Source: a virus. From it: a stretch of DNA of 20,449 nt. Made by a program: the position numbers and the translations under genes. The DNA lies in the UHGV virus genome UHGV-0200630. One strand, given 5' to 3'. Under the pieces are notes generated by a model. It was not told the DNA's origin. It saw nothing but the letters and a program-made list of their open reading frames with translations, and made no database searches. Positions 6,927 through 15,881 of the stretch are shown piece by piece (the stretch's first letter is position 1; each line of letters begins with the position of its first letter).

Positions 6927-9900
6927 TTATTTAGCTTCAAGTTCTTTAACGCGAGCACTTAATTCCTTGATAGCATTAACCAGCAACGCGTTTACAGCAG
7001 CAGAGTTAACACCAAGAATTTCGTCAGGTCCGAAAGAACTAACAGCTTCTGGTAATACTTCTTTCAGTTCTTGAGCAATAATACCTGCTTCACGAACTTC
7101 GAATGAATATTCAGTTTTGACTAAATCAGATTTCTTATCGTATACGTAACCAGTAAGTTTCTCGACTTTATCAACTGCGTTTTCAATTTCTTCAAAGTTC
7201 GATTTCAGACGTTTATCAGAAGTGCTAACCCATTGGATCGCATTTGCTGTTCCATTACCGAGGAATAGATAGTCTGCACCACCAATGTGAAGTGCAGCCT
7301 CGGGAGCAGAACTACCCGGATTATAAATGTCCATCGCAGCACCGTATTCTGTGCCCCAATGAACATGTTTCCAGATATTAATACATTTATCACGAGTCTG
7401 AGCTTCAACAATCATTCCCGCAGGACGATCACGCCACGCTGACCACTGCGGCCAACCGTCAACGACACCTTGAATCATCGCATTGCTTGCCCCGGTTCTA
7501 ACGTTTCCAACATAAACACCGCGAGACTCATTATGGGTGTTAATCGTAATTGACCGATCAATTGTCAAACCAGCTGTGTTAAAGGTTGCGATTTGAATAC
7601 CATTAGTAAAAATGCTTAAGTTTCCGTCCGTAACTTGTCGAATACCTGTATCGTTATCACCAAACGCGATTGAGTTTCCACCTAGTACGTTGTCCGTGTT
7701 AATACCAAAACTTGTTAAACGATTTGTTTCAACAGAAGGAGTATTAATTTTTCCAGGAACAGCAAAACGACCATCGATATCAAATTCATAATTAGCCATT
7801 TTACCGAACGTCGATTCTTCTTTCGTCCCAACACGAAGAATTCCTTTGCCCCATGAATTAGCTGGTCCTCTAATAGTTCCTAATTCAACAACAGTAGAGA
7901 ATCCGTGTCCTACGGAAACAGAGTTCATCGAATATCCGGGATAATAATCACTTTCACCAGCAACTGCTCCGAAGTTAATCTGCATAGGAGCATTTTGTCT
8001 CCATTGATTAGCGTAAGCATGATCATTGGTTGCTGCCCATCTTGCACCATCAATTTGAATTGTATTATGCTGAATATCCATCGCGGTATTAGTACCAGTC
8101 TGAACCGTCACGGATCCGTTAGTTCTAAGAGTAACACCAGATGACGTAGAGAAATCATTTCTCATATTCTGAGACCAGACAATATCGAGATTCTCACTTG
8201 TCTTGCCAAGAATCCAGGTATTATTGCGACCGTCCATATTGCCAGACATATAACTTGCCTGATTCGACGCAGGAATATTCAACTGAATAGCATTAGATTC
8301 GCCGTTGACAGAAACACCACTTGCAAGATTCAATCGACCATTGGTGTTTAATGAACCCATCCAATATTCAGGAGTATCACCATGAAACCAACATATAGAG
8401 TTATCCAGCCTATCGTCAGGATGATTAGCCATTGCCAACTCATGATAAATGGATCCAGCACCAACGGCTCTAACTTTTCTTAAATGATTTGATTGTTGCT
8501 CAGGAGTGTTCCAGTCGGGTAAGCTTTCCGAGTCATACCATCCGTAAGGCTTATTATTATAAATCGTTTTATAGAAACTTGCAGGGCCAGCAACACCAAG
8601 ACCTTCTTTAGTATCAATATAAGTTCTGCCTGAACCTCTCAGATAATGATTATATTTTCCACCATTAACTAATCCGAAATAAGTCGTGGCGTCACCAATG
8701 TTATTACCGTCGGTTGTCGTATCGATATTAATTAATGAATAACCTTCAGGAGCCATCAGATTCGAATCACCATCATCACTTCTGAAACGGAAATGAGTTT
8801 TTCTATTAAAGTAGTTTTCAGATCCTGCAATAGAAGCTGTTACAACGTTATTTGAATAGAAGTTTAACCATCCGTCTTCTCTCCATTTAAAACCAGTGTC
8901 GGAATCACCAATCGCGATAGAGTTTAAACCCAGTGAATTTCCAACGGCAAAGTTGCTTGCAACGGACATTAAAGGAGTTGTTACTGCATCAGTGATTCTA
9001 GCTTGACCTGAAATATCAATTGACATTCCTCTGCCTGTTTTTCCCCAAGTCATGGTCATTAGATCTAATGCGTCGGTTCCTTCGTTAGCATCACGACGAA
9101 ATAACAGTCGATCATCCGTATCCGTTGCGTATGCAATTTGATGAATAGTCTTTGAAGTTCTGCCGTGGTTTTCAATACTCAGAACATCACCGTTATTACC
9201 AGCAGGTGTAACTTTCAAAGTTCCTGCGTATACATTACCAGCAGCATGAACAGAAGGAACAGTTAAGTCGCCAGTCATCGTGTCGCCAGCTTTATTAACT
9301 TTGGTGTCAATCATGTCTTTCAGAGTCTGATTATCAACAGTCAAACGGTCATTAACTGCTTTAATCTTTTCGTCAGCATCAGCTTTATTCGCATCAACTT
9401 TCGTATTAATAGCCGTGTCGTTCTGGTCAACTTTTGAATTCAGATTATCAACGCGAGTGTTAATAGCAGCGTCGTTAGCATCAACTTTCTGTTCGAGTTT
9501 CGTCAGGTCAGCACTTGAACCTGTTTGAACTTTGCTGATTTCAGAATCAACGTAATCTTTACGCGTAGCGCTATCAGGAGCAACAGGAGCAGCAGGCAAA
9601 GATAACTGACCATTACCGTTAAGCACGAAGTCAGAACTCTCTCCTGTAGCTTTTCCTTTCGCTACCGTAACACGAAGTTCACCTTTAGAGTCTGTCTGAG
9701 CAGGAGAACTAATACGTGCTTTTGCTTTGTCGTGTTCATCAGCAAAAACAATATCGCTTTTATCAAGATTTTTTAAAGTCAGATTAGAATCGGATTCAAT
9801 ATCACTTGCTTTAATTTTTCCAGTAAAGGTCTGACCGCCTTCAACAACAGCATCAGCACCATTACCGATGTTAATAACAGCGTCACCGAATTTAGTAAAA

Positions 9901-10010
9901 ATCTTTTTATCGGCTAAGTTAATAGCGATTTCACCATCAAGCATGTTTTTCGCTTCTGGCTTTCTTCCGGCGACGTCTGTTCTATAATGTTTAACTTTAT
10001 TATTTGCCAT
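6927..10010 (-). CDS. Tail fiber protein with C-terminal intramolecular chaperone / Peptidase S74 autoproteolytic domain (1027 aa)
   Basis: C-terminal ~97 aa (SDKRLKSN...GIIAQELKEVLPEAV...LVNAIKELSARVKELE) match the S74 intramolecular chaperone domain of endosialidases and L-shaped tail fibers. Upstream KAGDTMTGDLTV fiber motif and Asn/Asp-rich repeats. Weak SD; start probably coupled to upstream gene. Confidence 0.85.
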   Translation of the reverse strand: MANNKVKHYRTDVAGRKPEAKNMLDGEIAINLADKKIFTKFGDAVINIGNGADAVVEGGQTFTGKIKASDIESDSNLTLKNLDKSDIVFADEHDKAKARISSPAQTDSKGELRVTVAKGKATGESSDFVLNGNGQLSLPAAPVAPDSATRKDYVDSEISKVQTGSSADLTKLEQKVDANDAAINTRVDNLNSKVDQNDTAINTKVDANKADADEKIKAVNDRLTVDNQTLKDMIDTKVNKAGDTMTGDLTVPSVHAAGNVYAGTLKVTPAGNNGDVLSIENHGRTSKTIHQIAYATDTDDRLLFRRDANEGTDALDLMTMTWGKTGRGMSIDISGQARITDAVTTPLMSVASNFAVGNSLGLNSIAIGDSDTGFKWREDGWLNFYSNNVVTASIAGSENYFNRKTHFRFRSDDGDSNLMAPEGYSLINIDTTTDGNNIGDATTYFGLVNGGKYNHYLRGSGRTYIDTKEGLGVAGPASFYKTIYNNKPYGWYDSESLPDWNTPEQQSNHLRKVRAVGAGSIYHELAMANHPDDRLDNSICWFHGDTPEYWMGSLNTNGRLNLASGVSVNGESNAIQLNIPASNQASYMSGNMDGRNNTWILGKTSENLDIVWSQNMRNDFSTSSGVTLRTNGSVTVQTGTNTAMDIQHNTIQIDGARWAATNDHAYANQWRQNAPMQINFGAVAGESDYYPGYSMNSVSVGHGFSTVVELGTIRGPANSWGKGILRVGTKEESTFGKMANYEFDIDGRFAVPGKINTPSVETNRLTSFGINTDNVLGGNSIAFGDNDTGIRQVTDGNLSIFTNGIQIATFNTAGLTIDRSITINTHNESRGVYVGNVRTGASNAMIQGVVDGWPQWSAWRDRPAGMIVEAQTRDKCINIWKHVHWGTEYGAAMDIYNPGSSAPEAALHIGGADYLFLGNGTANAIQWVSTSDKRLKSNFEEIENAVDKVEKLTGYVYDKKSDLVKTEYSFEVREAGIIAQELKEVLPEAVSSFGPDEILGVNSAAVNALLVNAIKELSARVKELEAK

Positions 10011-10022
10011 TTTCTTTATCCG

Positions 10023-11048
10023 TTAAAATACTCCTGCGTCTAAGGTTTCTCCTAACGCTACACAATTAATCTCTAATGGCGTTGGTTTATTACTTGGAGA
10101 ATAGACTTCTTTGCCTTTGACCTTGACAGAAGTTGAGTTAATTTCATTACTATTTAGAGCCAAGATTTCACCTTGTGGCGCAGAAATCTTTTTACGAACG
10201 TTCAGATATTCCTGAATAGTCAAAGATCCTTTGAGTTCTCCACCAGTAATAGGCAAAGCATTAATATCTTCAGGAGTTGGACGTTCAAGTTCTGTATAGA
10301 CTTTGACCCACGGAGATTCAGTAACAGTTTCACCGCTTTGTTGTTTGTTTCTGATTCTGATGCTTGGATTACCGACTGACGAACCAATAAGCTCCCAACC
10401 TTGACCATCAGGATGCTGAATAGCCATAGCAGACGTGCCAGAGTTATAAGGGTTATCGCTGTTTGTTGCATCGACTGTTACACATCTGTTACCAGTTAAT
10501 AATCCTAAGTCTTTAACGCCTGCGATTTCTTCTGTACCAGCACCAATACCATAATCGCCAACGTTTAACGGAACTGAGAATTCAGCAAAACCTGTAAACA
10601 ACTGACCATCAGGAGAAAGATTAAAAGTTGTTGTAACGACTGAGTTAGCCGAACCTGATGTTTCTTTCTTCGTTACATAAGCATTAAAAATATGATAAAG
10701 ACCAGCATCATTATCTTTCTTTGTTTCTCCATCGATAACATAAAGACTTCTGAATCTAAGGAGTTTCTTTTCCATAAGAGCTTCATCAAGCAACTGATAA
10801 ACTGGGTCAGAACTGTCTTCAAATAAGCTTATTGAAGTGTCGTTAATTGTTACGTCACCTGAAAGTTTCGTTGTGAAATCGGTTCTGTAATCTTCTAGTG
10901 TCTGAACTTCTTTTCTAAATCCGATAACAGGGAATGCAGCCAGTTTATCAGTGCTTACATAACCTGGGTCGTTATATCCTGGGATTTCAACGATTAGCGG
11001 ATTAACTGAAACTCTGACGTTATTTCCTACAAAAATATCGTTTGTCAT
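10023..11048 (-). CDS. Virion structural protein (341 aa), possibly major tail or fiber-associated protein
   Basis: Long ORF in the structural block, 7 nt downstream of the preceding stop. N-terminal half has a pattern reminiscent of major tail proteins; C-terminal part (PTPEDINALPITGGELKGSLTI) resembles fiber attachment regions. Family unresolved. Confidence 0.65.
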   Translation of the reverse strand: MTNDIFVGNNVRVSVNPLIVEIPGYNDPGYVSTDKLAAFPVIGFRKEVQTLEDYRTDFTTKLSGDVTINDTSISLFEDSSDPVYQLLDEALMEKKLLRFRSLYVIDGETKKDNDAGLYHIFNAYVTKKETSGSANSVVTTTFNLSPDGQLFTGFAEFSVPLNVGDYGIGAGTEEIAGVKDLGLLTGNRCVTVDATNSDNPYNSGTSAMAIQHPDGQGWELIGSSVGNPSIRIRNKQQSGETVTESPWVKVYTELERPTPEDINALPITGGELKGSLTIQEYLNVRKKISAPQGEILALNSNEINSTSVKVKGKEVYSPSNKPTPLEINCVALGETLDAGVF

Positions 11049-11055
11049 TTTAGTC

Positions 11056-11454
11056 TCACATTAAGTATTCGAAAGTTAAAATTATTTGTGCGCTAACATG
11101 ACCATTTGATGCTTCACTATCATAATCAGTGAAGCTCGAACTTGGATAAATCTTATCGATTTTAAATGGGATAAGTTTTTCATGATTAGCTTTAATAGAA
11201 ATTAAGTCGTAAACGGCTTTGTGAACGCCTGTTTCGCTTTTCTCTGAGAAAATATCAATCGTAATACTAAGAACACTTGCAAGTTTCGATTGCAAACCGA
11301 TTCGCGTATATTCTTCTGTCATTCCTGGAATCATTACTTGAACAGGTTCTTTAACACCAGTTGTGAAAGCGTTTTTGACGTATTTCAGATTAAGTTCTTT
11401 AACGATTATTTCTTCCAGAGCGCGTTTAATTCCTAAACGTGGCAGATTAGTCAT
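11056..11454 (-). CDS. Putative head-tail connector/neck protein (132 aa from ATG at 11454; ORF open to TTG at 11532)
   Basis: ATG at 11454-11452 preceded by AGGAGA (about 9-nt spacer) and overlapping the stop of the upstream gene (ATGACTAA). The longer ORF-track version would start at TTG with no SD. Function inferred from position only. Confidence 0.5.
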   Translation of the reverse strand: MTNLPRLGIKRALEEIIVKELNLKYVKNAFTTGVKEPVQVMIPGMTEEYTRIGLQSKLASVLSITIDIFSEKSETGVHKAVYDLISIKANHEKLIPFKIDKIYPSSSFTDYDSEASNGHVSAQIILTFEYLM

Positions 11455-11743
11455 AGAATGATGTCTCCTGTTCGCCTTTAAATGCCAGATAACAATTAGC
11501 AAGTCCTGAACCATCATTAACAAGATACGCAATGGTATACAGAATCTCGTTTAATAGAACTTCATCTTCTTGCTTAACTTTATTGATATCAGCGGTTATA
11601 TAGATTGTCTCGCTTACTTGTCCGTTATCGTTGTTAATCTCAATTTCAACAATACCGAGTTCATCAGAATCGTTAATTTTGATTTTCTGTCCGAAACGAG
11701 TTAAGAAAGACTGTTTTTGTTTTTCTGAATATGGAAAAATCAT
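11447..11743 (-). CDS. Putative head completion / connector protein (98 aa)
   Basis: ATG at 11743 with AAGGAGA SD (5-nt spacer), immediately downstream of the capsid-gene terminator. Acidic small protein; function inferred from position only. Confidence 0.55.
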   Translation of the reverse strand: MIFPYSEKQKQSFLTRFGQKIKINDSDELGIVEIEINNDNGQVSETIYITADINKVKQEDEVLLNEILYTIAYLVNDGSGLANCYLAFKGEQETSFYD

Positions 11744-11777
11744 GTTGTCTCCTTTTTATTATATTTAGTCCAGAAAC

Positions 11778-11803
11778 GAAAAAAGGACTCCCGAAGGAGT
11801 CCT
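11778..11803 (-). terminator. Strong intrinsic terminator after the capsid gene(s)
   Basis: 8-bp stem AGGACTCC (11784-11791) / GGAGTCCT (11796-11803) with 4-nt loop, followed on the minus strand by U6 (11778-11783). Confidence 0.8.
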
Positions 11804-11823
11804 CTGATTATTCAGCAGTTTCA

Positions 11824-11853
11824 GCTTTCGCTTTCGCTTTTGCTTTTGCTTTT
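11824..11853. repeat. Five tandem hexamers GCTTTY (RAAAGC on the coding strand) in the capsid 3'UTR
   Basis: Read directly: gctttc gctttc gctttt gctttt gctttt, beginning immediately after the stop codon at 11855-11857 and ending before the terminator. Confidence 0.8.
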
Positions 11854-11854
11854 C

Positions 11855-12067
11855 TTAGGCTTGTTTTTCGTGCAGGAACAGACGATCATCAGCACAAACT
11901 TTCCAATCGATATCAGCCCAAACGCGAGGAACGATAGCGCCTTTGTTACGGTAAGTTGTGTCGTCTAGGTCAAGAGCAAGACCTTCCCACTCAGCTACGG
12001 TTACAGCAGAGAAGTCACCAGAGATAACCTGACCTTCTTTAACAAGACCGGAACCGATAAACATCAT
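11855..12067 (-). CDS. Small capsid-associated ORF (70 aa) overlapping the capsid gene 3' end in the +1 frame; separate protein or frameshift extension
   Basis: ATGATG at 12067-12062 lies 29 nt inside the capsid ORF in the +1 frame; only a weak GGGCGGA SD. Shares the terminator at 11778-11803 with the capsid gene. Confidence 0.45.
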   Translation of the reverse strand: MMFIGSGLVKEGQVISGDFSAVTVAEWEGLALDLDDTTYRNKGAIVPRVWADIDWKVCADDRLFLHEKQA

Positions 12068-13760
12068 GTCCGCCCAGTTTGTTCAGGTCGTCGATGATAT
12101 AACCAGCAACACCAGCGTCACGCAGAGTGGTTTTCAAATCACCTTCAAGAGCAGCAGCCATCAAATATTTGAACTTGTCCATTGCTACGCCGTCGCCTTT
12201 AGCTTTAGCAGCTTCAACAACGAATTCTTTGTAGGTCATTCCCATCTGTTTTGCTACTAACTGAGCAACGATAGACTGAGGAGCTTTTGCGTCGGTAATA
12301 GAACCGAACATCAGACCTTCCAGTTTAGCGCGTGAGAAATTCACGATATGGTCAGAAATGAACGCACCCAGATTAGGCAGAGTCAACAGAGCTTGACGAG
12401 AAATCGGGTTACCACCAGTAAATGTCTTAGGCATAAACTGAATGTTTTCGAATTTGCTTTCGCCTTCTGGAGATTCACCGTTTTCATCAACGAAACCGAA
12501 TGCATCAACACTTGATTTTGTCTGCTTAGGAACAGAAATCGGAGTAGTCAGACCAGTCAGGAAGTTAACTCCCAGCTTATCAGCAACAGTGTCTTTCAAC
12601 AGCATTTCAACGAATGAATCATAACGCTGAACAGTTTCTTGTACTGCGGAAACAGTTGATACAGTGTTAATAGCGCGTTTGCCTTGCAGAGCACTAACTG
12701 GCATATAGATACCTTGAGAAACGTTAGCACCGCGCATCAGACGCTTACGGGACATTTCTTGAGTATATTCAGCAGCAGCACCGCGAACAGCTTTACCATT
12801 CATCATAGAGCGAACAGCATCGCCAAGGTCGAATTTATTTTCCAGAGTTTGTTTAGTATCTTTAGTCATGTTGCGAATCACCGTTGCAGATTTATTAGGT
12901 TTAATAGAGCGTTTGAATTGACGTGCGGTCATGCCTTTAGCGATAGCGCTTGCAACGTCTTTCTGTGCTACTTTGTAGCGTTGTGCGATTTCAAGAATTT
13001 CTTCCGCTTCTTCTTCGCGTTCTTCTTCTGTCAGTTCGTCACCAGCAGGAACAGCAGCAGGAGCGTCATCAGTTTTTTCAACAGCAGAATCACCAGCGTT
13101 TTCATTTTCAACGACTACTTCTTCCAGAATTTCTTCACGCTTTGCACGATCTTCATCGGACAGCATTTCAATTTCATCGATAGTCATTTCTGCCAGTTCA
13201 TCTTTAGTCATTTCATCAATACGTTTCATTCGAGTACCTTTGTTAAGTTTGTTTGTTGTATCTGTATTTAGTAGTCTTCCCAAACCGACTTTATCGTCAG
13301 CAGGAACAGTGACGAAAGAAATTTCATATGGTGCCCATTTCGTAACAATAAGATTGTCGCCTTCTAAGTGATATTCATTAATGTCATATCCGAAAGAGAT
13401 TTTACTAATTGTTCCTTCTTGAACTTTTGCACCGATTTCTTTAGCTAATTCACCGTGTTGACTGAATTGGACTTTTGCTCGTCCTATTTTGTCTTCATCG
13501 ATTCGAACAGAATCAGGAATAACGATTCCCAAGTGTTTATCAAAATCATGGTTAAACAGCAAAGCAGCACCGTTATTAATTCGGGTCAAGTCAGCGTTAT
13601 GTGAGCCGTCATGAACGAGAATTTCATTAACAGTAATGTTTTGACCGTATTCATCCTGAATCTGTCTTTCAACAGGAGTTTCAGAACTGAACGCAATTTC
13701 AAAAACACCATCAACAGAATCAATACCCTGAACTGTGTAATCGCGCTTAAGTTTTAGCAT
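12039..13760 (-). CDS. Prohead protease (HK97 gp4 / Peptidase S78-like) fused to scaffold-like acidic linker and putative HK97-fold major capsid domain (573 aa)
   Basis: N-terminal ~170 aa carry protease-like motifs (LLFNHD....GIV, ISFGY). Residues ~180-270 are an acidic, helical Glu-rich linker (delta/scaffold-like). C-terminal ~300 aa are of capsid-domain size, directly after portal and before a strong terminator. AGAGGA SD. Confidence 0.75.
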   Translation of the reverse strand: MLKLKRDYTVQGIDSVDGVFEIAFSSETPVERQIQDEYGQNITVNEILVHDGSHNADLTRINNGAALLFNHDFDKHLGIVIPDSVRIDEDKIGRAKVQFSQHGELAKEIGAKVQEGTISKISFGYDINEYHLEGDNLIVTKWAPYEISFVTVPADDKVGLGRLLNTDTTNKLNKGTRMKRIDEMTKDELAEMTIDEIEMLSDEDRAKREEILEEVVVENENAGDSAVEKTDDAPAAVPAGDELTEEEREEEAEEILEIAQRYKVAQKDVASAIAKGMTARQFKRSIKPNKSATVIRNMTKDTKQTLENKFDLGDAVRSMMNGKAVRGAAAEYTQEMSRKRLMRGANVSQGIYMPVSALQGKRAINTVSTVSAVQETVQRYDSFVEMLLKDTVADKLGVNFLTGLTTPISVPKQTKSSVDAFGFVDENGESPEGESKFENIQFMPKTFTGGNPISRQALLTLPNLGAFISDHIVNFSRAKLEGLMFGSITDAKAPQSIVAQLVAKQMGMTYKEFVVEAAKAKGDGVAMDKFKYLMAAALEGDLKTTLRDAGVAGYIIDDLNKLGGHDVYRFRSC

Positions 13761-13776
13761 TACCAGTCCTCTGTTG

Positions 13777-13806
13777 GAGCGTCTTTCGACGCTCTTTGTT
13801 TTTCTG
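13777..13806 (+). terminator. Hairpin with plus-strand T-tract between portal and capsid genes
   Basis: 7-bp stem GAGCGTC/GACGCTC with TTTC loop (GAAA on the mRNA strand), followed by TTTGTTTTTCTG on the plus strand; no U-tract on the minus strand. May be an antisense terminator or mRNA processing/stability element. Confidence 0.4.
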
Positions 13807-13819
13807 AATGTATTTAGTG

Positions 13820-15370
13820 TTATTCCACCGAGTTATCCGAATTAATTTCAGCAACTTCCACTTGAGCATCAGCCGTTAATGCAGCAGGTGCAGCAGCAAC
13901 TTTAATTTGATTATCGTATTTCGGAACATAACGAGTTCTTTCTTGTTCAACCTGAGCAAATACAATATCCGGGTCTTCACCGCGAGCAATAATAATATCA
14001 GAAGCAGATTTGAATCCGTTTTCAACATCAAAAATATCCTTCTGAGTATCTTTAATTGGGTCGATACTTTGCCATTGAGGATATGTCCAAACAGTCTGAC
14101 GAAGAACTGAAGGAATAGTTGTCATTTTCAAATTAACGGTTTCTCTGATAATTGACCATTGTAACCAACGTTCAAAAATAACATCAAAAACCTGTTCTTT
14201 AATATTACGCTGAACTGATTTAAACATTACGCGTTGTGCAAGATCACCGAAGCGGGCAGCAGAATAGTTAATATTTGCTGTGTCACCTTTCCAACCTTGT
14301 TTGTAAAAACCGTAACCCATAGCAAGCAGGTCTTCCAGACGATTCGTGAAGTTCATAAAGTCGTCACCGCCCTGAGTAGAGCTAAACTGCTTTATATCGT
14401 AACCAGCAGGAAGTTTATGAATTGTCCCTGATTCAAAGTTTTGAATAACATCAGGAGATTCTTCAATGCCTTCGTTATCGCTATCAATTTCGATATTATC
14501 TTGACCGTCTTTGTCTTGAGTGATGAAACCCATAGAGCTTGCTGCGGCGCGTTTCTGAATCAACGTTGCTTTTGTGAAAGCATCATATTGGTTCATAACA
14601 TCAATATTCGCTACACATTCAGGAATGCCTCTGCGTTGATCAGGGAACAATTCTCTGTAATAGTGAATAATATTTTCAGCGTCGATACCTTCAGATTTAC
14701 CAGATGAAGTCTGTGTTGCTTTGCTTATTGTGTTAAACCAGTAACGAACTGGAACATCATCGTTATTATATTCGATACCATCAAGAACATAACCGTTGTC
14801 GGAGGTTTCTCTGTCGCCAAATTTACAGCGTGAAGCTTCGATAATTTCAAGCTTAAATTCAGTATCAGATTCGTGAATACGAATAAAAACCTCGCCGTCA
14901 ACAAATCTTGAACGTTCAACGAGTTCTTGAAATCTGCGCCAGTTCATTCTTTCATTTTTACTGAAACGTTTTGCTGAACTTGACCAATAGCTGAACTGGT
15001 CCATAATCATAGAGTTCAGTTTCTTGCTTGGCTTTCCGTTTGTTCCCAGAATACGCAATTGTGGGTTAATACCTTCACCGATAACGTTATCAACTTGATA
15101 TTGAACAGCACGTTTACCAACTGGTGTATTAATCGAAAGAGTTCGAGACATATTACGAATGCCATCGGCATAAGTTCGAATCTCGTTATTAATCGTTGCA
15201 GTCGTAATCAGGTTCTCTTGAAAGTCGCCATCTAAACGGTCAGTTCGAGGACCAAGAATACGCTGTAACTGTGAGCCATATGCTTGCTCGTTATCAATTA
15301 CCAGTTTCTGTTTCTGTTTACGTGTTTTCGGTTCTGCTTTTTTAAATGTGAAAAAATCTCTAATACTCAT
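13820..15370 (-). CDS. Portal protein, lambda gpB-like (516 aa)
   Basis: Size and position (after terminase and W-like gene, before protease-capsid); ATGA start-stop overlap with upstream gene. Portal identity is by synteny and size plus general sequence character; exact family needs HMM confirmation. Confidence 0.8.
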   Translation of the reverse strand: MSIRDFFTFKKAEPKTRKQKQKLVIDNEQAYGSQLQRILGPRTDRLDGDFQENLITTATINNEIRTYADGIRNMSRTLSINTPVGKRAVQYQVDNVIGEGINPQLRILGTNGKPSKKLNSMIMDQFSYWSSSAKRFSKNERMNWRRFQELVERSRFVDGEVFIRIHESDTEFKLEIIEASRCKFGDRETSDNGYVLDGIEYNNDDVPVRYWFNTISKATQTSSGKSEGIDAENIIHYYRELFPDQRRGIPECVANIDVMNQYDAFTKATLIQKRAAASSMGFITQDKDGQDNIEIDSDNEGIEESPDVIQNFESGTIHKLPAGYDIKQFSSTQGGDDFMNFTNRLEDLLAMGYGFYKQGWKGDTANINYSAARFGDLAQRVMFKSVQRNIKEQVFDVIFERWLQWSIIRETVNLKMTTIPSVLRQTVWTYPQWQSIDPIKDTQKDIFDVENGFKSASDIIIARGEDPDIVFAQVEQERTRYVPKYDNQIKVAAAPAALTADAQVEVAEINSDNSVE

Positions 15371-15861
15371 GATGGATTCGTGAACCTCGCTTTAATAGTA
15401 ACAATCGGAGATTTACCGTTTGCCATTTGTTCTGACTTAATCAGATTTGCTAAGTTAGCTAAAAGTCGTTTTCGAGCCATAAGCAGCGAATCAAGCGTTT
15501 CATAAACGAATGATTTACCGTTAATACTCATTTGTTGAATAGCTTCTTCGTTACTTGTCAGACGATACTGAATAACTGTATCGATATCGTTAATCATTTC
15601 TCTGAGTTGTTCTCTTTTCGTTTTTGAAACGAATGGTGATTTCACTTTGATAATGCTGTTACTGATAAGCGCACCTTCATAGAGAACAACAACAGAAAAA
15701 GTTCCTTCGATAAAATCTGATGTGTCCACCGAGATATTCGCTGGACAATCAGTTTGAGAAAACAATTTAGTTTCAGTTGAGCCTATGGAGACTGTTGCAC
15801 CTTCAGGATTATAAACAGCGAGTTTTTCACCGATGTAAATTTCTGAATTTGATTTTTGCAT
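15367..15861 (-). CDS. Head-tail joining protein with gpW-like C-terminal domain (164 aa)
   Basis: Located between large terminase and portal, as gpW is in lambda. C-terminal ~60 aa (EQLREMINDIDTVIQYRL...GKSFVYETLDSLLMARKRLLANLANL) resemble the gpW fold pattern; extra ~90-aa N-terminal domain. AAGGAGA SD. Confidence 0.6.
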   Translation of the reverse strand: MQKSNSEIYIGEKLAVYNPEGATVSIGSTETKLFSQTDCPANISVDTSDFIEGTFSVVVLYEGALISNSIIKVKSPFVSKTKREQLREMINDIDTVIQYRLTSNEEAIQQMSINGKSFVYETLDSLLMARKRLLANLANLIKSEQMANGKSPIVTIKARFTNPS

Positions 15862-15881
15862 TGAGTTCTCCTTTCTTATAT

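Noticed and set aside
7205-8144. Small ORFs within or antisense to the tail fiber gene (7205-7411, 7905-8144)
   Set aside because: Embedded or antisense, no ribosome-binding site, implausible composition.
6927-10010. 1027-aa protein as a tape-measure protein by position after a possible tail tube gene
   Set aside because: Composition is Asn/Gly/Ser/Thr-rich and beta-like rather than long alpha-helical, and it ends in a self-cleaving fiber chaperone domain; a fiber call is much better supported.
10023-11048. 341-aa protein as the major capsid protein (same length as lambda gpE)
   Set aside because: No sequence resemblance to lambda gpE on inspection; position (downstream of neck genes, next to the fiber) and C-terminal fiber-like motifs point to a tail protein. 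Kept as an alternative under the protease-capsid finding.
12684-13271. 195-aa plus-strand ORF (and 12950-13183, 12066-12260, 12442-12624) inside the capsid gene
   Set aside because: Antisense to a well-supported gene, low-complexity Phe/Ser/Cys-rich translation, no SD; typical shadow ORFs.
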